A stretch of 53,867 nt of DNA from assembly GCA_021432655.1 (NCBI GenBank), contig MU271340.1:32566-86432 (forward strand), given 5' to 3'. Positions 23,877-37,403 of this stretch are shown here, in pieces; the first letter of the stretch is position 1, and each line of letters begins with the position of its first letter. The position numbers and the translations under genes were made by a program. The notes under the pieces are model-generated. The model was not told where the DNA came from. It saw only the letters and a program-made list of their open reading frames with translations, and ran no database searches. Source of the DNA: Atractiella rhizophila (Eukaryota).

Positions 23877-26300
23877 GTGGATAGCTGCAAGTTTGGACAG
23901 AAAACCGTGCATCCCATGTATATGTGTTCCTCTTCAAGAAAGGAGTAGTGACAGTAAAGGAGGGTGCCAACTCATTGGATTTCAAACCCGAAGTAAGCAA
24001 GCTTCAAGTTATCCTTGCTCCTCTGAGGGACTGACCAGGAAATATTTAGATTGTTGGCATGGATAAGCAAAAGAAGGACAAAAAATTCTGGCTGTACAGC
24101 GCTCGGTATACCATAAAGTCATTGGTATTGTCTTGAAGGGCATTCATCGATATGAACATGTAGGGTTCAAGGTGCAAGTCGGCCACTCCTTCAACAAGTT
24201 GATATTCCCGCATATTTTCATGCTGCAGGCTGATATGGCTGAGTTGTGAGAACTGCTTTAGTATATCTGCTTACCGGTTTCCAGATACACCGTCCTGTTG
24301 CTACTCGGCATTGGGTCTGAATTTCGCTGTCCAATCTGCCTTGCCCCCAAAGGAGAGCTTCACAACCTCTCACACCAGTTTTTTAAACACAGTCAGAAAC
24401 AGGTTCAATGTGACCTTTTTTGCTATGAAGAGACACAGGCCAAAAAGCGGGACAGTCGCAGCGGCAAAGGAACTAATGAGCCGGTCTTCCCTTCGGCCTG
24501 AGAAGGTTCGTGGTTGCCTGCTTGAGCCTTTGTCATAACTTGAAAGCTGAAATGCTAGGTCAGTCCGCTTTCGGCAGGCTGGAATGTACAGATATCTACA
24601 ATTTGCATTGCTGCTGATCCATTGCATGTTTTTGGTGGTTTGTACAAAGATCATGTCATGTGTAAGCTCTTTGAGAAACCCTCAAACTTGCAGAAGGAGA
24701 AAGAAAATTGACTCGTAATAAGTTGTTTTCGACCTTTCACATTTACTGAGAGCTTGTTTCGACAGCCTCAGTTCACTAACAACATTTGGTTCACTGCGCC
24801 ACATTACAAAACATGATCTAACAAACTTAGAGAGTTTTACCTGTATGGAGATTCAAGATGCAATGAAGGCACGTAATCTCTCTACCGTGCTGGTATGGAT
24901 ATCAAGTTTTACTACAGTATTTAATCGTTGGCATGATCGGGATTCTTCTGGCTGAGGTTGAGCAAGAAGCTGTTCCAGCCCTACGAGACCTGGTAGCTTT
25001 CGAGGTGATCATAAAGGTGCACGTTCAAGACAAAGACAGAATCCTTGTGCTTCAACAGGAGAAGCTCACAGCTGTTGAAAGGGCTTTGAAGGTTTGTCTT
25101 GTCCTTCTTCTCACACCATACTTTTTGTTTAGCTGACATGACAGACTCTGAGCGAACATTTCGGAATGTCTACAAAGTTCCCAAAAGGACATCTACCCCA
25201 GCACTTTGTTGACCTCATCGCTAAGGGTGGAACCTTGGACCATCAAACGACAGCCCATGGTGAAGGATCCCACCATCCACTGAAAGAGCACATCATCGCT
25301 CGAGTGCACCATAGCAACATAGCAGGGGAGACGGAGCTATCAGTAAGCAGCCATTCAAGCATTCATGTTCAATACTTTGCAGAATGCTGACCTGTGGCAC
25401 GATCCTGTGTTAGATGGCTCAACTGCGTTCGAAATGATGCAACTTCAAGCCATTGGCCGCCGCATCGAAGCAGCAAAACTTGCTCAAGGGAGTAGTTGCG
25501 AGAACGAGCGAGCCATTCCACGCCCCATTGAATGCTCCGGTTTGTGCGGCGAGTCGAGGACCTTTCATGTTCAGACTTACTTTGACAAGTTATCCACTGA
25601 ATTCGAAACACATCCGGACCTTGCAACGGACCTCCGTCTTTTCCTGCTCCAACCTCTGGATCCTTCAGCTCCGACACAAGTACGCCAGGAGCGATTGCCC
25701 CAGATTGACAATTCTACGATTTTCTTCCTTACATCCTCACGCTTTTGCTGGCTGACTTCGGGTATTCAGGTTCAAGACTTCACCCTCTTCCGCTGTCCAT
25801 TCACTTCGTTTGTAGATCAAAGGATATACGAAGATTACCTTCCATGCCACCCTAATTGGCAGAAGAAGGCCCGCGATACGACGACACTATTCTGCAAAAT
25901 AAGGATACTCATTGACGTCTCCTGTAATGGGAGGGATCACCATCAGGCAACAGCGCGTACAGAATCTTTTGAGAGCTCAGTTGCATCAACAACAGCAACA
26001 GCGAGGGAGGATCGGGATGGGGAATGGGATTGGAGGACAAATGGGCGGCTTCATCAGACCGCCACACTGAGGCTTTTCGCTCTCGCTTCAACAACTATCG
26101 ATGCTCCGGATTGTCCGAATGGAGGTTTGGTCTATTCGAGAAAATCTGGTCCCTCTGACAGGCACCACCTATCGCATTACGAACCTGGTCCCACTTGTCT
26201 CCAAAATCACAAATGATCACTTCATCACTCATACCCTAATAGATGACGAATTGGGCTTTGGCTTTGGATTCTGCATTCCAAGAAGGGGGAAATATGGGCT
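23877..26300 (+). mobile_element. Degenerate Plavaka-like transposase relic
   Basis: Fragments YHKVIGIVLK..LIFPHIFMLQADMAE and GSEFRCPICLAPKGEL, plus KFPKGHLPQH..DLIAKG.LDH.TT..GE..H, resemble basidiomycete Plavaka transposases. Ends not identified. Confidence 0.55.
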
Positions 26301-27633
26301 CTTGTGTCTAATGTTTCTAACTCATCTCCTGACTTTGATTTGATTCTGCTTTGAAATGTTTCTTGGAATGCCTATTGTGAACACTCGCTATATCATGACA
26401 GCCTTCTAAACGCTGGCAGCACAGCCACCGAAGAAAGAATATCTCCCTATGAGACTTAGAGGAAGAAAGTACAGCACATTGATTAACATTTACCAGTCTG
26501 GGCCGCCTCGACATTGGTTACCTTATTACAGTGGGAACCAGCATGAAAATCGGCTTCGGACTAAGGAAGGTTATGCCAAGCATAGTTGTGAGACTCTACT
26601 GCGAAAAGCAAGTTCCTTTAGCTCGATTAGAGCGAGAACTAAGAGGCTCAATCAATAAGTGAGAGCGTAAACGAAAAGAAAGACAGGAACAAGCTTATGC
26701 TAGACGCACTGAAGTGTCGGGCAGCTTATCAAGCTGTTTGGTCTCAGATAGGGAGAGATTAATTCTTACAGCGGCGCTTCTAAGGCCCGGGAAACTTACC
26801 TCGATGATGAGGAATAAGATGATTTTTACATTGGCAAGTGAGGCAGTTTTTATAGGCCAATGAATGGATAAAAGATCAGAAAACATCGCTTATACAGGAC
26901 ATGTTGTTTCCCTGTATTCACACCAAATCATCCCGAACATGATCAAGGGGTACGAGTGCAGCAGGCATGGTGGGAGCTCTAGACGGACAAATCTGAAGAG
27001 GAACGAGAAGATACTTGAGGGTTGATGTACAGTTCCTCACTTCAGCACATGTCAAAGGGTCCTTGCTTTTCGTCGAAGAGCCAGTCCATCCGATGACTCC
27101 TGCATGCAAGTGCAAAGACAATTTATGCCGGTGGATCTTATCTGCTTGATGGCGATCAACTTGGATCATTTCTGGAAAATGGAGAAGAGTTGCCTATTTC
27201 TACTGTCAGTTGCTGTTAGGGGCTTGTTTAGTAATGAGGGGACAGAGAGAGGAGGGGAATAAGCAGTACTCTGTCCCTTCCCTCGTCATCATCACAGCAT
27301 GCCAGAGCAGCTAAGACTCGCTTTTAGAGATCATGAGGAACATTCTATTTTCACCCGCTAAGACACCTTGATGGACCACAGCATGCTGTTCTCAAAATTG
27401 GCATAGGAGGGCTTATCCTGCTTCGCTCCAGCTTATGATTTCCAAGTCTTTGTTGATTCCAAGGGTCTAAAGGAATGAATTACAATGAAGTTATAATGGG
27501 CTTTTTATACCTTAAGGAACTCGGCAAAATGAGAGAAACGGCAAAGGGGAAAGTAAACTAGAGCCACAAATGACAGTGGCACGAATGCAGCTTAAAACGG
27601 TGCCAAACTCTGACAGTCTTGTCATCTGTCAGA

Positions 27634-29985
27634 CAAGTGTGTCAGTGCCCTCATCCCTCAGGCATCCCCCCCTGCCAGGGGCTTCGCCCCTTGTACCCCA
27701 ACCTCTGGCAGCCAATGCGTGGGGCCTCGCCTTTGGCGAGCACAGACTCACCATATGTACTCTACTGTCTTCAAAAAACAATGAAAAGCGGAGTGGTCTC
27801 CTCGTACCTCAGAGAACCACTTCAGCTTTTGACTATACTGTTAGGAACATGCTGAGAGATGATCAGTGATTGAGTACTCGTAACACTTCCTTGTAAACTA
27901 CATTATCTGTTTGCTTGTTTTCTTCTCCTTGCTTTGTTTTGACCAATACTCATAAATCATTTGCGTTTGAAACCCATGAAAGACCAAGATAAAGCTGCCC
28001 ATGAGAGAAAGGAGAAGACTCTAAGTATGAACCCACATGTCCAACAGATTGTCCTTGCGCTTTATTCTGAGTTAAGGCAAACGCTAAGCTCACAGGGAAT
28101 TGAAAGCGCCAGAATTGAAAAGGAAGCTGGTTTGATACCGCACTGTCAATGCTGATTCGAGGAATGAGAACTGTTCGCCACTGTGTGCACCTGTAATGAT
28201 GGTTGCTTTGATGACTCATCGGCGAAGCTGAGTGACTATGAGGCGTGTGCCATTGCACAGGCCGGCAGATGGATTGAGATTTCACAGAAGAATGATGGGT
28301 GCACCGGTCTTGAGGTGTAAACGATGTGAAGGGAATCCAGAGATCTCCAGGGTATTCAGGTACTCGGCAGAGAAGGGATTTCTGAGGTATCCCTCGTCAT
28401 CTATAATTTGATCTGCACTGTAATATACCCGATCTCCTGTGGATTCGAGCCACTGAATCAAGCGATCATTGATGCCATCCACATCCACATTCTTTGCTGC
28501 TAGAATCATGCGACCCGGAAGTATTCTTCAAGGAAGCTCAGAGCAGGGATATTTTGCAGAGAATCTAGTTGTCCATAAATTGAGCGCAACAGACCATCTA
28601 ATCCTTCATGGGATGGAATAATAGATCCATCTGGTATCGTTAAGCCTCCACATCCATTGTCTGACAGATTATCAGTGAGACCATTTCCAATGTCAAGGAG
28701 CCACTGGGCAAATCTGGTCATATTGCTGAAATTCGGCTGGAGTCATTTCCATTGGCCTCGAAGAAGGCATATATTGGTTTTCAAAGGCAGGACTTGAACA
28801 GTCGGCCATAAGTAAGAATTAATGATGCAGGCATCCACAATCTGAGCTCAGCTTCCATTTGGCACTACCGGAAGACACTGTCTGCCTTCTCCTGTGAACA
28901 GTATGTTAATAAAGAACTACTTAAAGGGAAGTATCATACCACAGAAAACCATAAGTGTTCCTCCAAATGGTCTTGAATCCTTTTTAAGGTCCTGTCCCAG
29001 CCGATCCACACAGCTGACGGAGAGGCAATCACTCATAATGGCTTCATCCCACAGGATAATTTCTGCCTCGACATATAGCCTTGCATGATCACTTTGAGCG
29101 GAAATACCACAAACTGATTGCACATCTGCATTGAGGGGAATCTTGAATCGTGTATGAGCAGTACGACCACCTTCAAGCAGAATAGCAGCCATTCCAGAAG
29201 AGGCTACTGCCAGTGCAATCTTCTGGATGATCTTACTCTTGCCAGTATAAGATTCTGAACAAAAGTCTTTCCAGTTCCTCCAGGCCCATCAAGAAAGAAG
29301 AGTCCTCTGGTGCCACTCTGCCAGGCTTTGAGGATTGTATTGTATGCATGGTGTTGATCCTCATTCATAAGAGAAAGATCCCTATCAAGACGTTGCTCCA
29401 ACTCTGTAACGTTATACGCCAGCTCTTCTCCAATTATTCTTGTCTCTCTCCCCATCGTCCAAACCTGTGAGCAGGTAATGGCAGCCTGTACTCCTCCAGT
29501 GTCTTGCCTAGACCATGTAGCAGATCCTCCAGCTCGATAAGGCATAAGTCTGGGATCTGGTCTTCAGAAGGTGCAGCAATTCCATAAACTGTTTGCAGAC
29601 AACGCGCACAATCATCATTGAGCTTGTCATAGTGTCTTCAAAACAGTTGTAATGGTTCGCTGGCAACTCCAAAGACCACAATATAGACAAAAAGAGAACG
29701 GATTGCTGATCCTCATTTGATTGCGTTGGCATCTTCCAGACACAGATCCCATTCTTTGTCACTTTCCAGTGGACCTGATGCCACACAGCTGCTTTGGATG
29801 TTTTGTGAACTTGACCATCAATTGTACAAATATCTTCAAAAGATTTAGGAATTGGGGTCTTGTGAAGAAGTAGTTGAAGATAAAATAGCTCCCCTTGTGA
29901 TGGTGCAATATGACATATCCGACCAATAGCATCACCTTTCTCAAGTATCTTCCAGCGCTTTGAACTACCTGCCAGACCAATCGAG
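27634..29985 (-). mobile_element. Helitron family A copy A3 (3' half: helicase region and 3' terminus)
   Basis: Motifs GELFYL, FFLDGPGGTGKTF, LLEGGRTAH, ILWDEA and NKAQGQS. Near-identical to the A1 3' region. Terminus ...CACACTTG|T at 27634. Confidence 0.9.
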
Positions 29986-30404
29986 AAGAAGAAACATGAT
30001 GTTTCCCTGCCGTCTGGCATCCATGTTGGAGTAGGTTAAGATGGCCTTCACCCTCCCCTCACAAAGTCACTCCCCAAAGTTAAGCCTTTCTGAATCCTTC
30101 TCTTTCCCTTCAAATTTTGGACTTTTTCACCGCTTTCCTTTCTTCCTTTAAGTCTGCCCTTTCTATCTCCCACAGTGACTTTCTTGTATTCATTGTACTT
30201 CTACTTATTTTATTCCCCTTTTACAGAACACGCATCTAACATTCTTTTACAATAGCCGCAATCAAGTATCACGTCAAAGCCGTTCTGTGTCGCGGTTCCT
30301 TGTTCATACCTATCAGCTTCATTTGGCCTTCTGGTTGGAAAAAGCTCGTTAATATAAAAAAAAGCCCACAGAAGACACTATCACGAGATTAACGAACTTA
30401 TCGC

Positions 30405-32100
30405 AATGATTTCAAACATTCTCTCTCAGACCGTCATCAGCGTCGCGAGGAGACAACCGAAGTCAGTTATGGCGAGGGATGACTTCATCAGCTTCATTCC
30501 AGTATTACCTACTTCCGAGTGAGAGATCATTTTCTTCCTCCTCTGATTAAGTTTGCTCACAATTAGTATATTGACTTATGGAGCGCGGATTCCGTAATGG
30601 AGAGCTTCGCTTCGTTCCTGCACCTTTGTTGTTGTTGTTGTTGTGATCATATTTCAGAGCTTTCAGACTATAGTCAACGTAGCTCTACATTTGGGGATAT
30701 CACATGTGAGAAAATGAAGATGTTAACTCTCTAACAAAGTAATCTTGGAGGTTGAATCAGAACCGCGAATATTGCGACGAGGAAGTGTAAAGGATATGAA
30801 AAAGGCCCCTGGTAATCCCCGTTAAAATTTATATTGGCGTAGAGCGCAAGAAGCGGATGGGGGGTTACTAAATCGCGATGGCTATTGTGTGGTTGGGTTG
30901 TACGAGATGGGGATTGACGATGTATTCGGTTCCTCCTTTGCTATAACCTCACGGTATATGTGTGGTGGTAGATGGATGTGTTCCTAGGAGCAATACCTTA
31001 GATGGGTCAGTGATGAGATTGGACGTAACTCGTTTTTAGTCTTCCCACTCCTCCCTGAACTCTTCTTCCTCCCCTCTACTTTCCGCCATTTGCTTTCGCT
31101 TCTCCTTTCTTCTGTCCAAGACTCTTGTGCCCTTTTGATCCATAGGTTGAATTTCCCACTCTTCCGGATGAATTCCCACTCTGCTTGTGTTGCCTCCGGT
31201 TCGCTTAAAAGGTCCTTCAGGGATCGGAATCGAATGTCTTTCTTCCTGAGCCTGGCCCTGAGTTTCTTCCTTTCATCTTCGTGTTCCTCGCATTCGAAAA
31301 ATAGGTGGGTGACCGTGTCGTTCATTCCGCAGAAGTCGCAGTATGGCTCGTCCACGACCCCGATGCGGTGGAGGTATTGGTTGTTGGAGATGTGTCCGCT
31401 GCGGAGTTGTACGAAGATGGATGCTTGAGCTCGTGGCATCTCCTTAAGCATTTCGAAGGTCTGGTCCGAGGAGAGGTGACGAGATAGCGAGTGGTGGTGT
31501 TTGCCGGCAGAGAGTGTCGGGAGTTCGCTGGGTAGGAACCGACTGGTCGTTATTATGGCCTTCAGTGCGGATGGGCTTTTCGCAATGACGATGTGGCCTG
31601 TTGCTGATTCGGGATCCGTCGCGCTGTTGGCCGCCGTGTCCGCTAGCTCGTTGCCTTTGACGTTGTTGTGGCCTGGGATCCAACTGCACCTCTCACAGCG
31701 GCTTCCATTGATTTGTCGCACGTGTACAACTCCGGCTACTCGGGCCTGGGATTTGATCCGGTCCTATCCTGCCAACTTCTCTGTGGCACTCATCAGCTCT
31801 GGGGGACCCATCGGCGTTTCAGATAAAGATTATAAGGCCGTAGCTACAGCTAGACTTCCTGTTTGGGGATTCGCTGGGACTGAAGATAAGGGAACGTTCG
31901 AATCTGACGTGAGGAACGCCATGGACTCTTTGAATGCCCAAGGTGGGAACGGGACTTTCACTCTCATCGAAGGAGCGGATCATTACGTCGAATCGTTCGC
32001 GCCTTGGGAGTATGACAATGGAGCCGGATTCGACTTCGTCCTCGCTAATTCGAAAATGGCTCAACCTCTCCTAGTAAGTGTTCTCTCACCATGCGACGTT
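30405..32100 (+). pseudogene. Alpha/beta-hydrolase (esterase/peptidase-like) gene disrupted by a LINE
   Basis: After the LINE: IDLSHVYNSGYS (nucleophile-elbow-like, frameshifted), AWDLIRSYP.., LPVWGFAGTED and TLIEGADH. 5' boundary uncertain. Confidence 0.6.
30626..31683 (-). mobile_element. 5'-truncated LINE (Tad1/I-like): RNase H C-terminus, Cys/His motif, (CAA)n tail
   Basis: WIPGHNNVKGNELADTAA and QLRSGH...CDFCG..DTVTHLFFEC. (TTG)n at ~30626-30644 on the plus strand. 8-bp TSD CTGCACCT at 30618-30625 and 31684-31691. Confidence 0.88.
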
Positions 32101-32951
32101 GGATTGATTTTCATGGAGAAGCCATGTAATCGGTATCGATACTACTTGACTTTCCCTTCCAGTCTCCACCGTGAGGGCAATCCTCACATCTGTCTCCAGC
32201 AGTTGCTCCTGTTCCCCGACGGTATTCCCAGCGAGCATTACTGTGACGCTCTGATCACATTGATTTCGTTCGTTTTAGCTTGTTTTAGGACTTTGATCTC
32301 AAACCCATACTACCCGAACAGTACAAAATCATCAAATCGAAAAAAGAAACTGACATATTTGTGAATTAGGGAGAATTACTTTTGTTAACGGCGCGTTGTT
32401 TTGTGTAGCCGCTAGGCTTTATATTTTGAAAGAAAACACGACAATCATTCTTTCCTGTTGTACAATCTTGCGATCTCAGCAAATGCTCTCGCTTCAGAAT
32501 TGTAGAATAGTCCAACAGTTGATGAAATATATTGCACGAAGGGGTGTAAACCGAAACGCTCCAGTTAGGCAATCGCAGAAAGACCTAGTTCTCAAAATCT
32601 TGTTGCTAACACCCATGTTCAAAATGCTGATAAAGGCGCAGGCATATCATGGACGCGACTTGGATCTTTTCATTCCCGTGACATGCGGGACACACGAATA
32701 TTCGAACGCGCATGAACACATATTTGCACATATCCCATATTTTTAACATGGTACGCGGGCACATCACTATGGGGATTGATGGCAATATCAAAGTTCTGAA
32801 CTGCTCTAAGTCCGCCCCAAGCCAAGGCTGTTGAGGCATGGACGGAGCCGAAAGATCGCATTCTTTTTGGTGAGAGAAAGATACTGAACGACCGCCTCCC
32901 TCGCCTGTCAACTCAGCTCGTCATCAGCACCTTACCTGAAAGCTCCTCGCC

Positions 32952-34486
32952 ATGGCATCCCTTATAGCGATCACCGACCTGAAGGGCAAGTCGCTAATTC
33001 AGCGTTCTTATCGAGACGACGTTCCCCCTTCCGCCATCGAGCGATTTGTTCCACTGCTTTCGGAAATGGAAGAAGAGAATCAATTCGTTACGCCTTGTTT
33101 ACGAGTGAAGGAATCAATTACATGTATATTAGGCATAACAATCTTTACCGTGAGTCTTGCCTTTTCTCCAGAAGACGGATTGAGTACAATGGGAATGAAA
33201 TGCTGAATCGTTGTGGGTCATCATACCACGTACTCAGCCCTACCACTTACAAATTTCTGAACCACAGTCCTTGCAATCTCTAAATTTAACTCGAATGCTG
33301 CTTGAGGTCCTCGCCTTCCTTCATACATTAGCCAGCGTCAGTCACCTTCTCCTGTGCCTTCGCTGTGCTGACGGCCACTCCTGGTGTAGGTCCTCACCGA
33401 GTATTTCAAAGAACTTGAGGTCGAAGCAGTTGGAGATAACTTCGTGATCATCTATGAGGTATGTCGATTCGGTTCCCGTTTTTGCGAAATTTTGAACATC
33501 CATGCTCAGCTACTAGACGAGATGATGGATTTCGGCTATCCTCAAACCATTGAGTCCAAATCCTGCAAGAATACATCACGCAGGAATCGCACAAGCTCGA
33601 GATCCAACAAGTTCCGGTGCCGGTTAGCGTGACGAGTGCTGTGTCATGGAGCAGTGAAGGCGCTCGGTATCAGAAGAACGAGGTGTTCTTGGATGTCATC
33701 GAAAGAGTCAACCTCTTGGTGCGTACCACATCTCTCTAAGAGGCCACTATGTTGGGCGTTGATTTGGTCTCGTTGAATAGGTGAATATGGCGGGAAATGT
33801 GGTTCGTTCAAGATGAAGTGCTACCTATCGGGTATGTCGGAGCTACGACTAGGATTGAACGATAAAGTGATGTTACAATAGGTCACAGCACAGTTCAAAC
33901 AACGATCGACGGCAAATAACGTTGAAGTGCACATTCCCGTACCCGATGATGCAGACACGCCACGATTCCGCGTATGTTCCGCTTCACCTCATCTTCTCCC
34001 TGGCTAAGTGTTGGCATCGATCCAGGCAGCCGTAGGAACGGTACAATACTTACCTGAAAAGTCGGCTTTGTATGGAGGATCAAGCAGTTGGGAGGAACAA
34101 GGAATTCCTCATGCGTGCACATTTCGGGCTTCCATCTGTCAACGGAGGTTCGTCGTAACGTTTAATGCACTAGCATCACCTGATGTTTGCTTTTCTTTGG
34201 GACAACAGAAGACTTAGAGAACCGTGCTCCAATCAGTGTCAAGTTTGAGATTCCATATTTCACTGTATCCGGGATCCAAGTTCGATACCTCAAAATCTTC
34301 GAGAAGAGCGGATATCAAGCGCTGCCGTGGGTTAGATACATCACCCTAGTCCGTGTTTTCCTTCACCATCCTCTCTCGATTACCTTGCAAATCCGATCGG
34401 TTTGTGCAAATAAACAGCACGGCGATGATTATTCGCTTAGGACGAACCAGAGTCGAGAGCAGGCGGCAGTCGTGGAAACATTTTGA
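32952..34486 (+). pseudogene. APM1: AP-1 adaptor complex mu subunit pseudogene (introns retained, frameshifts, internal deletion)
   Basis: Motifs MASLIAITDLKGKSLIQRSYRDD, GINYMYIRHNNLY, LLDEMMDFGYPQ, KNEVFLDVIE and PISVKFEIPYFTVSGIQVRYLKIFEKSGYQALPWVRYIT. 1-nt loss at ~33099. Jump from NDKVM to the AQFK..STANNVEV region. Confidence 0.9.
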
Positions 34487-35085
34487 GCCATTGGTTTGGG
34501 ATTCTTGTGGAATGTGCATGTTTTGTTCTTCTGCAAATAGCATGAGGCAAACAACATGATACTCCATAATTCCTGACTGGTGCTCTTGCCTGCGAAAGGG
34601 ACCCGAAGCCTATGATATTATTATTATTCATAACGAATCTCCAATCACACGAACGTGTTGTGATGGCAAGATTACTTGTAGGCACTCAGTTATAACCCAA
34701 AACCTGAACCCCTTGTACCAAGTTGGGCTTGACAAGCTGAAAGCTCAATCCTTCCTTGGCCGCAAGGCGAGTAGATCTGGATCTGACATTCAGCGAGACC
34801 CAAAGGAGAAGAGTAAAAAGCCCTGTTGCGTATCCTTCTTGCTGACGCAGTTCACGTTCAGTTCACATTGAGGACAGGTTCGGTGGTTGTTTTTCAGTCA
34901 AGACTATTCTTTAGGGCAACAGAAGCCAATGGTTACTGAGCTTGATGTTCTGATGTCAATTCAATTCACTCTGCACCAAGAGACGAAGAACAGTTCAGCT
35001 TGAGCAGAACATGTCCTTCCGCAAAAGGACCTTTGAATACTCGTTATAACCCCCTTTTCTTGGTATAATCTTTCATTCGCATCCA

Positions 35086-35922
35086 TCAATGCTTCTGCCT
35101 TCCAGCCTTCTCCTCCAATACCTTTTTCACGGGGGCCATTTCCACCATTTTCTTGTGCCATTCAAAGACCTTCGGATATTTCTCAGGATCATCAATGGCC
35201 TTTGTGTTGATAGCCTTTAAGCAGGTGGAGTTCTCAGCTCCTGACGAATGAGGGAGAAGGATAAAGCGAACCATTTCGTTCCAAGTGATGAAGGAAAGAT
35301 CAGCGATGGTGCATTTGGATCCGCCGAGCCATTCCTTCTTCGACAGAATGTCCTCAAGCACACTCCACACACGGTTGATCTCATTCTTGTAACGCTCTTG
35401 AGCAGAAGTAATCTTCTCCGGATGGAAGAACGTGAACCATCCGAATTGCCCAAAGCTGCATCATGGCAATCATGAGTATACAGTATCTGAAGACTAAAAA
35501 CTAAAATACTTACTAAGGGCCTTGACCGCTTGCTTGGAAGAAAAGATATTGAAGCTCAATAAATTTATCCTCGGGAGTAGTAGCAGACAGCTTCCGCTCA
35601 GTGTCATATCTACAAACATTACAAAGGTTGCTGGCGCAATACCGACGAGCTTACTTGTCTGCCAGATAAGTAATGATAGCACATGACTCCCAGATCGTAA
35701 AGTCGTTGTTTTTGTGATCTATCAGCGTCGGTACGCGTCCGTTTGGATTTAGTTTCGTGTGTTCCGGCCCTTTGTGCTCCCCTGAGTCTGCAATTGTAGC
35801 CAGAACTAGACGACACCGAGAGGACGCAAACCCTTCGTGAAGTCCATATATATATGCTGGTAATCAAGTCCCAAGCATTCCAAGAAGCCACCGACATTCA
35901 TCCAGTGTGTGATGAGGACCAT
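35086..35922 (-). CDS. Ure2p-like glutathione S-transferase (spliced; N-terminus possibly damaged)
   Basis: Spliced reading ...LGLDYQHIYMDF..KLNPNGRVPTLIDH..IWESCAIITYL..YLFFQASGQGPY-FGQ..ERYKNEINRV..CTIADLSF, with GT-AG introns. The usual N-terminal GPNG motif is not seen. Confidence 0.8.
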
Positions 35923-36500
35923 TTCGAACACTTACCAAAGCTGACGAAATTGTAGACTCATCACTGCTATTGGAAATCAGTAAAGTCTTCGTTGTCATGT
36001 TCTAGGCAGTTTTATATGTATGAGCTTGTTAATATGTTTGTTTGAAGCGCCACATACACCACCATCTCGCAAGTTGACATTGCAATAGCTACCGCCATTC
36101 CCCGTCTTATTTAGCCACACGGCACCTCACGATAGACCTCATATTTCAAGCAAACGGGTAATAACCAACAACAAGAGAGCAGATAAAGCAACAAATAAGC
36201 TGAAGATCGAAGTGTTAACGGGGATTATAATGCTGCAAACGGGGATATTGAGGACAGAAATCCCTCTCCTCTAGCGGCCTCAAGCGAGCAGCGATGTATT
36301 CGATGTTAGATGTCCTCATAGAGTACTGGTTAGAATCCAGAATCGAAATATGTGGCACAGGGGGAACACTCGAGTTCTCATCTTGCTCGTGGGGAGAAAG
36401 ACGCGAGTTTGGTGTTGGAGGAGTTCGAGCACTCGGTGGCGTTCGAGTTGGCTGGTAAAACGATGTCGTGGGAGTAATGAGAAGAGGGCGATTAACGTCG

Positions 36501-37212
36501 ATACGTTTTGTACTGGACTCGAACCCTTGAAAGCAAGAAAATAGCCAACTCTGTCCCCACAATTCCGCCACAGCAGGCTTACCCAGAGTTGCCCTGCATT
36601 TGCAGTCTTGCCCAGAATTGCCCTGCATACATGTGATTTGTTTATATAGTGTGGTTTGATCATTTCTCAGTTGTGTGCCAAAAGTTGGCTTTTGCCATTC
36701 ATGAGGGAAGGGAAGGACTAACATGTAAGTGAAATATAGCCTCTTACATGCTTCTAATGGCCAAGTAGACTCATTATGCCCCATCCCAAGCAAAAAAAGG
36801 GTGCTGAGACACGAATTCAGGCCCAACAGCAGAGGCGAGAAGATAGCCCAGTTGATCTCCCGCCGTTTAGAGAGATATACTGCAGGGTTGCCTCAGCGCT
36901 TTCAGCTTATACAACCCACACCTCCTCAACATTTGACGCGTCAAATTCGTATGCAGCAGCAGGAGGGTGAACCTCCTAGAGGACGCCGACGCCGACGTCA
37001 GCTAGAGCCTCCACCTTTACGTGAAGAACTTGATGACAGTCTCTCAGATGGACAGCTGGAGGGTGGATTTGAGATTCCCAATCTTCCTAATCAAACAGTG
37101 ATAGCTTCTTGGGATGCAAGACAAGATCAGCATCCTTTTTCCGCATTCAACTACTTACCACACACAGTGGAGGCCATCCGACTTTTGGGATGGAATGAAG
37201 CCTTTTGCTCAG
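36501..37212 (+). mobile_element. Helitron family B fragment B3 (5' UTR and RepHel N-terminus)
   Basis: Near-identical to 8885-9562 (MPHPKQKKGAETR...HPFSAFNY...WNEAFCS). Confidence 0.9.
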
Positions 37213-37403
37213 GAGGCGCCTTGATCGGGGAGCTTGCGAACGTGATTTCTACTTTGTTGATCGGTCCGTTGAGGGCAACCACAAGAGCTTGATTTATGAT
37301 GAATCTGCATACATAGCTCACAATGGCGAGTCTGATGAGCTTGATGCTGGAACAATTTAACCTGACATCTTTTCTTCATTCAAATCAGCAAAAGTAAACT
37401 AAA

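Noticed and set aside
26690..27170. Short minus-strand ORFs
   Set aside because: No recognisable motif; cannot be assigned.
27609..27633. TCTGACAG...CTGTCAGA hairpin and TC directly after the A3 3' end, as a possible second tandem Helitron start
   Set aside because: No resemblance to the TCCT(T)A 5' ends and no Helitron homology beyond it.
31501..32364. 287-aa ORF as an intact gene
   Set aside because: Chimeric: antisense LINE sequence fused to a hydrolase remnant, with probable intron read-through.
34700..34810. Possible structured RNA (GCC-GCAA-GGC tetraloop; GATCTGGAT..CAGCG resembling a TPP riboswitch)
   Set aside because: Lacks the CTGAGA core and supporting stems. An Rfam/Infernal search would be needed.
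37330..37356. CTGATGA hammerhead-like core
   Set aside because: No GAAA after stem II and no closing stems.
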